Assembly (NCBI GenBank): GCA_000165345.1
Contig: CM000436.1
Location: 672,001-736,000, forward strand
Direction of reading: 5' to 3'
DNA: 64,000 bases
Position 1 is the stretch's first letter, and each line of letters opens with the position of its first letter. Under the pieces are notes generated by a model that worked only from the letters and a program-made list of their open reading frames with translations, made no database searches and was not told where the DNA came from. The position numbers and the translations under genes were made by a program. Shown one piece after another: positions 38,625 through 49,300 of the stretch.

Positions 38625-40376
38625 ATGGGTGTTATAAAAAGAACTCAGGTATTGATTGTTGGGATGGGCCCCGTAGGTATGACATTAAGCAATTTGCTTA
38701 ATTTATATAAAGTCGACAATATTATTGTTGACAAATTGACACAATTTTCGCCTATTCCAAAAGCCCACTACATTTCAAATCGCTCAATGGAGATATTTAG
38801 ATTCTGTAACAACTTAGATCAAGAAATATATAGGCTTCAACAACCTTTAGAATTTTGGAGAAGAATAACTTATCTAACTTATTTTAATAACTGCAAATTT
38901 GGTATTTTAGGAACTAAAGATGAATTCAGTAATTATAAGACAATTAATGGTTACTACTTAGATTTGGATAGCCAATCAGGAGTGGCAAATTATGATCAAA
39001 GCAAACTAAATAATTTATTGTACAAAAATTTGAAACAGTGTAAATATTCGCAGATAATGCTTGGAACATCTTGGAAAGGATATGAATTTGTTTCTAAAAG
39101 TGGAAAAGAAAAGGTAATTTCAAAGTTAGAGAAATCAAATTCAAATTTGGAATTTACTATAGAGAGCGATTTTTTAGTGGGAGCGGATGGAGCAAAGAGC
39201 CAGGTAAGGAAAGCTTTAAATAAAAATTTTAAAGGGCATGAATCTCTTCAAAAACTTCTAAATATTAATTTTATCTCAAAAGATTTGGCAAAAGTTTGTC
39301 TGGAACTCAAGCAAGAAATTATTGATGAGTGTAATAATATTAAATTAGTTCCCACCACAAGTATGTTATACTTTATTCTAAATCCAAGTTTAATAGGCGT
39401 AATGGTACTTCACGATATTAGTCAAGGCAACTTCGTGATCCATATTCCTTTAGTTGGTTCAAGCTCCGAGAAATTTGATTTAGATTTTTTTAAGCATATT
39501 TTCCCAAGTTTAATTAGCCAAGTATGCAAGAAAAACATTAATTTAGAGGTAAAATCTATTGAAACATGGAATATGTCAGCTCAAGTACTTGATTCGTTTG
39601 TTGATGAAAAAACAAATCGAATAGTTTTAATAGGAGATTCTGCTCATAGACTTCCCCCATCTGGAGGATTTGGGATGAATTTAGGAATTCAAGATTCCCT
39701 TAACTTAGCATGGAGATTAGCATTTGTATTAAAAAACAAATACGAAGAAGATATTAAAAAACAATTGAATGAGTTTAACATGGAGAGAATCCAACATGCG
39801 CAATATGCCTGTAATAACTCTATTCGGAATTTTTATAGGTCCCTATTTATTCCTAAAGCTATCGGATTGGACTGGAAAATAATATCTAGTATGCAGAAGT
39901 TAATATCTAATGCCGATAAATATATTCCTAATAAAATTTTAGAAGAGAAACCAGTCATGGATTACATTTATAAGTTAGGAATGTTTAGATTTTCAAAAAT
40001 ACTAAGGAATGAAAATAAAATGGAAAAGATAAAGATGCTTATTCAGGTTAGTTTAGTACTCCAGCTATATTAATATAAAACACTTTTTTAGGGATATATT
40101 AATTCAAGGGAAAATTCTTTATCTATCAACTTCAAAGGTCTTGATCTTGCATATGCATATAACTTTAATGCAGGAAATACAAAAGCATCTTTTGTGGCTC
40201 CAAAATCGCCGTTTAATTATTCCCCAAATACTTTACTAGGAATGAGAATCCCTCATGAATATGTTTATTTTCAAAGCCTAGATAAAATATTCAGAATCTC
40301 AACAGTAGACATTCCAATTGTATTTTCAGAAAGAGAGCCAAAGAATGTAATACTGATGTTTAGTGAAAAAAGGTAA
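38625..40376 (+). CDS. PheA/TfdB-type FAD-dependent aromatic-ring monooxygenase (FAD_binding_3 family), about 572 aa. It has two exons (38625..40046 and 40092..40376) separated by a 45-nt intron.
   Basis: N-terminal Rossmann motif VLIVGMGPVGMTLSNLL. Flavin signature GDSAHRLPPSGGFGMNLGIQDSLNLAWRLA matches GDAAH..P..GQG.N.G..DA.NLAWKLA. A CAG|GTTAGT donor lies at 40047 and a ttttttAG acceptor ends at 40091. The 45-nt intron keeps the frame. Exon 2 encodes the conserved C-terminal region APKSPFNYSPNTLLGMRIPHEYVYF, matching AP..P.Y.P....G.R.PH.WL of phenol hydroxylases. Confidence 0.7.
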
Positions 40377-40708
40377 GCAAAAAAAAGTATTACACAAAAA
40401 TTATTTGACTAAAAAATTAGTCTCGATAAAGTTAGAAAAACTTTTCCGAATCACGTTGTTGTATTTTGGACGTTAAAAAATGAAATCAATCAAAGTCAAT
40501 CAAAAATTTACACAAATCTAGAAATTTTGCCAACTGGAAAAATTAATAAAATTTGGACCTCAAAGCAGGTTAGAGAAAAATATTTGGAGAAATTGAATAA
40601 TATAAACAAAAATTCTATAATAAAAAATTATCGAGAACTAAATTTAAAAGATTTAGATAATTTATTTTTTGAAATTAGACCAGATGGTCATATAAAAAAT
40701 ATAGGATG

Positions 40709-42316
40709 CTAAGCTTCAACATTCTTAGGAGGCATTTTTTTTAGCAAACTTAATATTTCATTACCAAGTGTGAGTGATTTTTGAAGCGCAATATTAAGAT
40801 CTCCTTTACTATTAGTTTCCATCCAACCAGTTTTAAAAATAGGACAGGGAAAACAATTATTTTCAAATGAATAATCTTTATTTCCATTAAAAATATAATC
40901 ATATTTTGGTTTGAATCCCAATGATGTGATCAATAATTGGCAAGGTAAATAATATTTCTCCTTCTCATTTAACTTTGTTTTATCAGTAATTGGTTTAGAA
41001 TCACGAATATTTCTCGCTAATTCTATTCCTTTGATAAACGGGATTGATTTTTTTTTCACATTATTCTCTGGAATATTGACTTCTTCAGTTTTAATATTTA
41101 CAGTAGAGAAGAGGTTTTTAAAATGTATGTTTATTGTTTTATCATTATGGAATATGTTATCATTATTGGCTATGTATTCTTGGTGATTATTAACCATTTC
41201 CTGAAATATAGACTTCATTTTCAAAAATCTTCTTTTTATTTCTGGTCCGCTTCTTTCTAATTCGAATAAGCTAGTTCGGTCCTGTGAAAGCTCAAAATCT
41301 TCTTGAGACATCATTACTCTGATATTCATTCCATTAGTAGAATTGTATTTTGATTTCCTAGACTTATCAATAAATTCCTTTAATAATGGATATTTAAAGG
41401 AATTTTGAATCCAACCTCTCCGTCCAATAATAAATATGTTTTTGAACAAAGGTCGATAGATATCGGAGTTTGAATATTTAGATGATGTGTCAATTAAATT
41501 TAAATAATCAGGATTCAAATATTTGTTTTTTGAAAGTTGTTCATGGGTATAGAAAGATAAAAGTCTAGTAATATCCAATGAAACATTGCCATTTCCAATG
41601 ATAACCGCATTCCTCTCACTGGAGTTTAATATATAATTTCTAAGTATATCAGAACCATATCCATATTTAAAGTCTTCATTTTCGTTTTTAAATGGGACGC
41701 TAATTTCAGTAGAAGATAAAGGACTCTTATATTCAAAAAATTGATTGTTTTTTTTTTTAAGGTAATTCAACTCTATATCCATATCAATTCTCTCATTATC
41801 AATAAGTTTATTATTGATCGAATTAGAGTGTTCATTTTTTGTTGGATATAGCATTTTTTTAAACATTGGGTGGCTATTATAATAAAACACCCAATCTCTA
41901 GAAGAAAATACTCCTCCTATAATTTTATTCTGTAATTCATTATTCATATATTTCACTGGAAGAGTATGGAAACTTTGTAATCCACCAACTGCTAAAACCA
42001 CTACATCGTATTTCCTCTTTAATTCTTCTAATTTAACATCATATCCCAAAGTCACATTTCCATAGAATTTAATATCATCAGAATATTTTTTAAAAAGAGA
42101 GTTATCAATACTAGAAATCGATTTTTTTAGATCATGTCTATCTGGTGCAATTCCATATCTGAGTAGCCCAAATGGTTTATCTAAGGAATCTAATAAATCT
42201 ATTTTGATTGCAATGTTTTCCTTTTTTGATCTTGCCAGCAAATATTTGGCCAAGTAACAACCTGATGGGCCTGCACCAACAATACATAACTTATATATTG
42301 GCTTGTAAGGTCTCAT
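40709..42316 (-). CDS. ARH1: Adrenodoxin reductase-type (mitochondrial/mitosomal) ferredoxin-NADP+ reductase.
   Basis: KLCIVGAGPSGCYLAKYLL, PFGLLRYGIAPDRHDLK, FYGNVTLGYDVKLEELKRKYDVVVLAVGG, GVFSSRDWVFYYNSHP, AVIIGNGNVSLDITRLL, IFIIGRRG and GWMETNSKGDLNIALQKS all align to the adrenodoxin reductase family. The first ATG is at 42316; the track start at 42406 is TTG. Confidence 0.85.
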   Translation of the reverse strand: MRPYKPIYKLCIVGAGPSGCYLAKYLLARSKKENIAIKIDLLDSLDKPFGLLRYGIAPDRHDLKKSISSIDNSLFKKYSDDIKFYGNVTLGYDVKLEELKRKYDVVVLAVGGLQSFHTLPVKYMNNELQNKIIGGVFSSRDWVFYYNSHPMFKKMLYPTKNEHSNSINNKLIDNERIDMDIELNYLKKKNNQFFEYKSPLSSTEISVPFKNENEDFKYGYGSDILRNYILNSSERNAVIIGNGNVSLDITRLLSFYTHEQLSKNKYLNPDYLNLIDTSSKYSNSDIYRPLFKNIFIIGRRGWIQNSFKYPLLKEFIDKSRKSKYNSTNGMNIRVMMSQEDFELSQDRTSLFELERSGPEIKRRFLKMKSIFQEMVNNHQEYIANNDNIFHNDKTINIHFKNLFSTVNIKTEEVNIPENNVKKKSIPFIKGIELARNIRDSKPITDKTKLNEKEKYYLPCQLLITSLGFKPKYDYIFNGNKDYSFENNCFPCPIFKTGWMETNSKGDLNIALQKSLTLGNEILSLLKKMPPKNVEA

Positions 42317-42534
42317 TTTTATAAATGATCCAAAAACAAATTCAAATTCATTTCCTAGATTTAATATAATTATTACAACTACTTCACTAATCAAATCAAA
42401 AAGCAAACATATATTTCTGAAAGATTAACAAAATTAATTAGTGATGAAGTTGTCGATATATTTTGAATTTTTATGTTTAGAATGAAGTTAGAAAATTTGT
42501 TAGATTGGAAAACTGCATATTCCCCACATACCGC

Positions 42535-45500
42535 CTAAATTTCAACATTTTTTAGTGTTTCTTTTAAAAATTCAGAGTATGAAATGACACTAAATCTAAA
42601 ATTTGGGTAATCTTTTAGAACTTCCATTGCATCAATAGCAGAATTTTCTCCACCGCAAAGAGCTATGCAACTTGAAGGCATCATATTTGTGGTATTAGGT
42701 AAGAAATGTTTAAGGTACTTGATTGAAACTCTTTTTATATCTTCAACTGTAACTTCAGATATTTTCTTTATAATAAAACTGTCAAACTTTGGAGAAATAC
42801 CAACATTAAGATCAAAATTTAGCTGTTTTGCCCAAGAATTGAATTTTTTGTGCTTTGAAATAAATTTATAAGCAGCGATCCTTTTTGCTTCATCAAGATC
42901 TAGACTGTTATAAAAGCTTTCATAGTAATTAGGTAATTTGTTAGTTTTCTTAATCTCTTCATAAACCTCATTTTCATCCATTGATAACTCTCTGAAAATT
43001 TCCCAAGTCTTGATTAAAGACTGACCAATTGATGTTGATTCATACACACAATTTGAAAACTGACCAGTAGTCATACAAAGATCCAAACTTCCACTATATG
43101 CTAAACCACTGCCCCTAATTGAATCAAAGAGTAGTGAGCAAGGATCCCAAAGATAGTTTGAAAGTACGAGAAGAGCTGGAACATCTGGATTGAAAAAATG
43201 AGATCCTTTTGGGAAGAAAGTACCAAATGTATTTAAATTGATTGACTGAATAAAGCACGCTGTATTTGAGCTTGGAACCTTTAGGTAAATTGAATAGCCA
43301 TATTTTTCAGGTATTCTAAATTTTTGTGAGCTGTTTGAATTAAAGTCTATACCTAGATCCAATGGGAGTGCTCTTGAAAGTATTTCCCATGGAAGTAAAT
43401 TTATGTTGGGGGTGTTCTGTATTTGGTTATTAATTAAGTATTGGCTTTTGTAGTTTTTATTGATAGAAAAATATTTAAATAAATTTATTTTGTTGGCCTC
43501 CTCTTTTCCAATAACAAATAACGAAAACTTTGTGTTACTAGCTGGAATAACTTCTGATTTCCCAAGAGCGAATGGTCTAATAAGAACTGAATGAAGCCTT
43601 TCTAGTTCAACCAAGTAATTTTTTGGTTCTTTTATCAATCTTTTGGAAATATGATCAAAGTTTGGAATATTTGAAATATTAAAAATTGATTGATCGCAGA
43701 AACAAAGAGAGTTCGAAACAGAAGTAATTAAACCTTCTTCACTCAATTTTAGTTCGCTGATTGTTCCTTTGATAGTTCTGGCTATTGTAGAAATTCTTTC
43801 AGCATTCAATCTCATGCCACAAATTCCACTCATAATTAATATTGAGGAAAACTCAGTATATTCTATTGGGGTTGTCCAATTTACTTTAATTTGGTTTGGA
43901 ATTGTATTAGAATCCAAAATCCATCCATCGCTGAATTCTGCATAGTAATCGATACAAAAAGTATTTAAAAGTTTATCAAAATCATCGAAGTTAATTAGTT
44001 CTCCGTCTGACCAATTAACATCAGGTAGGAAGACTTTTGACTCTCTCAATTTTGAATATTTTTCAGAAATTTGTGGGCCAATTAAATTTATAACTTTAAC
44101 AGATGTTTGAAATAATAATTCTACTAGAAGGGATGAAAGTAGTTTTTCAGTGTTAGATAGATTTTCGTTCAAATTAATCCTCAGTTGTGCGTGTACAAAC
44201 TCAGTATTTGAGTTTTCTAAAAAAAAGTACAAACAATTATCTATTGTTTGTGATTCTAAGTCATGGTCCATATTTAACTTTTTAAATATTATGTCGCTCC
44301 CTTCATTAATCTCTGCTAGTTTGGCTTCTGAGTAATTCACATTTGTGGTAATATTTGCTTTATTAAGACCAATACAGTTTAAATCGAAAGATATATTAAA
44401 ATTATTAAGTATTTCGAGACTAATAGCACGTTTTTTATTATTTATTATGGACTCCTCCAACTTCGCCTTACAAATCTGAAAAAAACGTTTACCTTTCTTA
44501 CTTATTCTTTCTTTTCTTTCTTCCTTGAATCTCTTTGTCATTTCTTTTGATAATTTTTTGCTTGGAACAAATTCAAGTATGTTCATTTTTTGTAAACAAA
44601 AGGCTTTGTTAAAAAGCGTTTTCCAATATTCTAATCCCTCTGAAAGTAATTTTTTGAGAATAAAATGCAGATTACAGTATTCGGTGAGATCATCCATATT
44701 ATTAATTCCATAGTTAATAAAACCAGATAGCTGGTTAAATACTGTATCAATTGTCTTATTTTCCAATGAAACAAGGTGTCCGTAGTATAGACCTTCTATC
44801 TTACATTTTAAGTCATTAATATCAAAACTTCGTTCACCATTGTGGAATTCAGAAATTATTCTCTTAAATAAATCCACTATCTTATTAATCTTTGTTGTTT
44901 CTACCCCATGAAGTAAAATTTGGTGGTACCTATTTTTTTCGCAAACATTTGACATGTCTACATCTGAGCAGTAAGATTTACCTTCTACGAGTTCTTTCAT
45001 CAATGGGGAGTCGTTTCCAATACATAAATAATGCAATAATACGGTAATTGATAACATTTCTTTAAAGTTCGAAAATGCTCCAAATCTCCATGAAAAACTA
45101 ATGGTACTTAAATCCTCTTCTTCGCTAGGGAATGGGATCTCTAGATGCCATGGAAAAGATTGTTCTTTTAAATTTTCATTAAAACAAAGCTTTTTATTTA
45201 ATGGTCTTTGGTTTATTGGGGAATCTGAAATTCGAATTTTCTTACAGGTTTTATGATCATTAACAAGTTCTGCTTCGCTAATAAATTTCCCAATTGTTCC
45301 AAAAATATTATTTATATTAATACTTTCATTCCCATGTATGAAGATTAACATATTATCCAAACTATAAAAGTTTGCATGAAATTCCTTTAGTTCATCTAAT
45401 GAAAGTTTTTGAAGTCCAGTTGTTCGACCAGTGCATGAAAATACACTAGATTGGCTTCCATCATATTTTTCAGTGATTTCATCGTAAAGCTCCCATGTAG

Positions 45501-46140
45501 AGTGAAGCTTGATTTTTTTTTTCTCAGTAGGGCTCTCACATAAAGTATGAAACTTAGAAAGAGTTGTGACAACCTCATCATAGTTTCTCTCGAAAGAAGA
45601 AACTTCTGAATAAACTACTCCATGGTACTCTGCATTTTCATTTAAATGTACGATCTCTGTAAGAAATGATTCTTCCGACAAAATTGGATGAAATAAATGA
45701 TCTAGCCAAACTTCCAACATTCGTAAAAGGCTCCATTCTGTTGTACATTCAAATTCAAATGTAGTCGAATCATCTATAGTGAAAGCATTTGTGTATGGAC
45801 AACACAGTCTGTTAGAGATCTTATCAATGCTATCATTATATGGAAAGCGTTTGCTACCATTAAAAATGACATGCTCTAGCGCATGCGGTATCCCTTTATT
45901 GTTGTTTGGCACAGTTGTAAAACTTAATTTACAGTGAGTAAAAGATGGCCCACAAATAGTAAAAGTCTTCATGAATGCTACAATGACTCCCTTTTGGTGC
46001 TGGTAGAGTTCCAATATTCCAACATTTGAGACTTTGATCGATTTAATAAAAGAGAAGTTATATTTTGTTTCATCTCGAATAAATTCCTCTTTATTTAGGT
46101 CTCCAAGTTTAACTTTAAATAAATTAGCCACTTCATTCAT
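42535..46140 (-). CDS. M16C-family zinc metallopeptidase, an insulinase-like presequence protease (PreP)/falcilysin homolog. It is 1201 aa.
   Basis: Inverted zinc motif in IPHALEHVIFNGSKRFPYNDSIDKISNRL...TNAFTIDDSTTFEF. This matches PreP/falcilysin [42 protein letters not shown]. The length is typical for M16C. It starts with ATG at 46140. Confidence 0.8.
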   Translation of the reverse strand: MNEVANLFKVKLGDLNKEEFIRDETKYNFSFIKSIKVSNVGILELYQHQKGVIVAFMKTFTICGPSFTHCKLSFTTVPNNNKGIPHALEHVIFNGSKRFPYNDSIDKISNRLCCPYTNAFTIDDSTTFEFECTTEWSLLRMLEVWLDHLFHPILSEESFLTEIVHLNENAEYHGVVYSEVSSFERNYDEVVTTLSKFHTLCESPTEKKKIKLHSTWELYDEITEKYDGSQSSVFSCTGRTTGLQKLSLDELKEFHANFYSLDNMLIFIHGNESININNIFGTIGKFISEAELVNDHKTCKKIRISDSPINQRPLNKKLCFNENLKEQSFPWHLEIPFPSEEEDLSTISFSWRFGAFSNFKEMLSITVLLHYLCIGNDSPLMKELVEGKSYCSDVDMSNVCEKNRYHQILLHGVETTKINKIVDLFKRIISEFHNGERSFDINDLKCKIEGLYYGHLVSLENKTIDTVFNQLSGFINYGINNMDDLTEYCNLHFILKKLLSEGLEYWKTLFNKAFCLQKMNILEFVPSKKLSKEMTKRFKEERKERISKKGKRFFQICKAKLEESIINNKKRAISLEILNNFNISFDLNCIGLNKANITTNVNYSEAKLAEINEGSDIIFKKLNMDHDLESQTIDNCLYFFLENSNTEFVHAQLRINLNENLSNTEKLLSSLLVELLFQTSVKVINLIGPQISEKYSKLRESKVFLPDVNWSDGELINFDDFDKLLNTFCIDYYAEFSDGWILDSNTIPNQIKVNWTTPIEYTEFSSILIMSGICGMRLNAERISTIARTIKGTISELKLSEEGLITSVSNSLCFCDQSIFNISNIPNFDHISKRLIKEPKNYLVELERLHSVLIRPFALGKSEVIPASNTKFSLFVIGKEEANKINLFKYFSINKNYKSQYLINNQIQNTPNINLLPWEILSRALPLDLGIDFNSNSSQKFRIPEKYGYSIYLKVPSSNTACFIQSINLNTFGTFFPKGSHFFNPDVPALLVLSNYLWDPCSLLFDSIRGSGLAYSGSLDLCMTTGQFSNCVYESTSIGQSLIKTWEIFRELSMDENEVYEEIKKTNKLPNYYESFYNSLDLDEAKRIAAYKFISKHKKFNSWAKQLNFDLNVGISPKFDSFIIKKISEVTVEDIKRVSIKYLKHFLPNTTNMMPSSCIALCGGENSAIDAMEVLKDYPNFRFSVISYSEFLKETLKNVEI

Positions 46141-46221
46141 CGATTATTATTAAACTACAAGAATTTAGGAATAAACTCAAGCAACAAAAATAGTAATTTT
46201 CAAGTCTGTCAAATTGAAATG

Positions 46222-46337
46222 TGGCGCCTATTAGTTTGGATAAAATACATATTAACGAGTAGATAACAGTGCTGTGAGTAAATAGAGAATTAAATAAACA
46301 TATTTAAAAGTTTCAAACGATGTAGAAAAGGCGCACC
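46222..46337. promoter_or_regulatory. Bidirectional promoter region between the M16C peptidase and SET1. It contains TGGCGCC (46222-46228) and AGGCGCACC (46329-46337).
   Basis: It lies in the 249-bp divergent intergenic region. GC-rich E2F-like cores sit in an otherwise AT-rich spacer. Confidence 0.35.
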
Positions 46338-46389
46338 TGTTTATCACACAGTATTTGCAGCATAACCAAAGAATACCGTCGTAGAATAA

Positions 46390-49300
46390 ATGACGGTAGA
46401 AAGTGCTAGGAATTCAAAGAGAAAGGGTGCCAATACTAATTTTAGAGACGGGGAACTTGTTGGAGAGAATAAAAAGAGAAGATGCTCTCATTCCTCATCA
46501 AGCAAGAATTCTAATTTGCAATCTAAAAGAAGGGTTCAGTCAAGATCAAGGAAAAATGAAAGCTGCATGAATGTTTTTGTTCAAGCCGATGACAATAATG
46601 AAACTGAATTAGTTAAACTGAATACAATAGAGATAAAAAATTTAAAGGATGGGTTTAAATATGTAGGTTATAGATGTAGAGTTGCTGTATCCAGACAAAA
46701 AACGAAGGAATTAAAAAACAACTCTCCTAATGCATTCAACTGGGTGGAGGGAATAATTAAATTTTGGGATCCAAAATTTAAGTTATTCTTTATACACTTT
46801 TTGCTTTCACCTTCAATAAATTCATTCAGAAACATTAACAATACTCCCAAACATGAATGGAAATACTTGGCTACTCAAAATAATTCTCCCCCAGCAAATA
46901 CTGATATAAGAAATCTTGTACTTTCACCTTTTGCAATTGATAGAGGCTGGTTTGATCCAAATCCAATAACTATGAAATTATATGGGAGTCTTCCTTTAAA
47001 AGATATCTCTTCTATTTCATTTCAAGACAAAGCGGAACTAACTAAATCTGAAAAATTTTCCAGCGAAGTCTGCACAAGATGTAAATTACCAATAGTTGAG
47101 GAAGAAGTAATTTACTCATGTGAGCTTTGTTCCAGGAAGTTTCATCAAAATTGTGTAAATATGAGCAATACAAGTATACAGGATCTAAAAGATTCAGATA
47201 TTACTACATTGAGACAATACAACTCCCCAAATAACTTGGAATTGTTATTAATTGCAAATGAGCATAACCAATATATCCGTGAAAGAAAAAGACTTTGGAA
47301 GCGTAATTATAATGTATCTCACGATTCTGAAGGAAATTTAAGTTTATATAACAAGTGTTTTAATGATGGGCAACTTCCATATGATCTCGTTGACGTAGAA
47401 GAACTGGAGAGAGCTCTGCCAAATGAAGTAAAAAAAATCATTTTGGAAAATTATAATATGTCTCATACTGGTATAAGAAAATTACTCTCCAAATTGCCCG
47501 ATAAAATGGGTTCTATAATTGGTGATCATCAAGTTAAGCTTTTGTGCAGGAATTACAGATATAACAAAAGAAATAAGTCAATTATGCTCACACAGTCATA
47601 TAAGGAAGAAGACTATTCAAGTACAATCACATCATTGGAATCGACACCTTCAAAAATTTGTTCGAGAAACGAGCCTAGTGTTCAAAAAAGTGATTTAATT
47701 GATGATATTGATTCAAAATCGGTTTTTAATAAGGGCGAATATAATTCCGAATCATCTTTTATTGAAACTATGGAATTGGAAAAAACTGATTTCACAAAAG
47801 ATGAAAATAATCCTATTCAAATATCTATAGACGATGCAAAAGACGAGCAGCTAAAAACAAATGAGTACAAATATAGATGTAAGGACTGTATACCCTGTAT
47901 TTATTGTAAAGAGCCACTATTGCGCATTCCGGTGATTCTTAAACCAAACGAATTACCAAATAGATCGTTGGTATATTCACAAATTCCTACAAAGTTGGAG
48001 GAATTTGTTGTTTGTGGAACTTGTGGGATTTGTTACCATGGTAGCTGCGGAAATTCTTTTGTTCCACCATTGTTATTTGGTGGAAATAATTTCAATTGTT
48101 CCAATTGTTGTAAGTGTATACACTGCGGATATAGAGATAATGGTTTCATGGATTATGCTTCTTGGGACTCAACCTTTTCGAGCTGTATTAGGTGCTGTAA
48201 AGGTTTTGAAAGGGGGCAATTCTGTTCAATTTGCAGAAAAATATGGACATCTTCATGGGAAGGAGAATGGCTCCAATGCGACATTTGCAAGTTTTGGGTC
48301 CACTATGATTGCGATAAGGATTTAAATGAGCCAATAGAATTCTATTCAAATGTTAAAAACCTTTATAACTGTCCAGCATGTAGAAGCAATGATAACTCAG
48401 TTAAATATCAAAGGATTCTGGATCATTTTATTTGTTTGGACAAAAACAAAGACTTTGCCTCAACTCCTCTTCCTTCATACCAAAATTATTGGAAAGTGGT
48501 AAAAATTCCAATGGATATTATGACGGTCACAAACAATTTAGAAAGTAAAAAGTATGATTCAGATGAATATTCATTTATTAGGGATATATTCAGAATAATA
48601 TACAATGCCCAAATATCTCATATGCCTAACCATAGGATTTTCAAACTTGCAGCAAATATTTTAAAGAAAATAACCCATTTATTTAAGCTCTTATTTGGGG
48701 AAAATTTATTGTTGAGATTTTTCAACGTTATAAAAAAAGAGGAATCTTCGATGTCAATTTTGGTAGAACAAATAGATACTAATGATCTTAGAAGTAAAAT
48801 AGGCGATGAAATATTTGAAAATACAAATTCAAATATAAATGTTAAGCTTTCCCAAGATTATAGAGCTAACAATTTATCATGTGAGAACAACGTTGAAAAT
48901 GAGCTCGCTATTGATCTAGCCGAAGCTGTGTTAAATCATACAAAGCTGAACTTAGATATTAGCGGTAACTTGAGAAATACAATATCCAGAAAGCAATTTT
49001 CATGCTTAAAGGGCGATAATAATCTGAATTCAGTATTTGGAAAGCTCTTTGCTGAATTTAAGAAGTGCACAATTTGCCAACAAAAAAGTGATGAACTCCT
49101 TCATTGCTTAAAATGCGGAGTAAATATCCACTCTAAGTGTTCAGAAGTAGTAAATGGTTCATTTGTTTGCAACTCATGTACAGCTTGTCATATTTGTTCT
49201 GAGCTAATGGCTGATTCAAGTATACCAGTTATTTCATGTTATACATGCAATAAAAGAGTACATTATACATGTATTTGGCAGGATTATGAGAGGTTTATAG

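Noticed and set aside
40194-40376. The track's separate 60-aa ORF 'MAPKSP...'.
   Set aside because: Its 'M' is a GTG codon. It is the in-frame continuation (exon 2) of the FAD monooxygenase, not an independent gene.
40527-40712. 61-aa ORF between the monooxygenase and the FNR gene.
   Set aside because: Lys/Asn-rich low-complexity sequence in a convergent 3' intergenic region. It is probably UTR.
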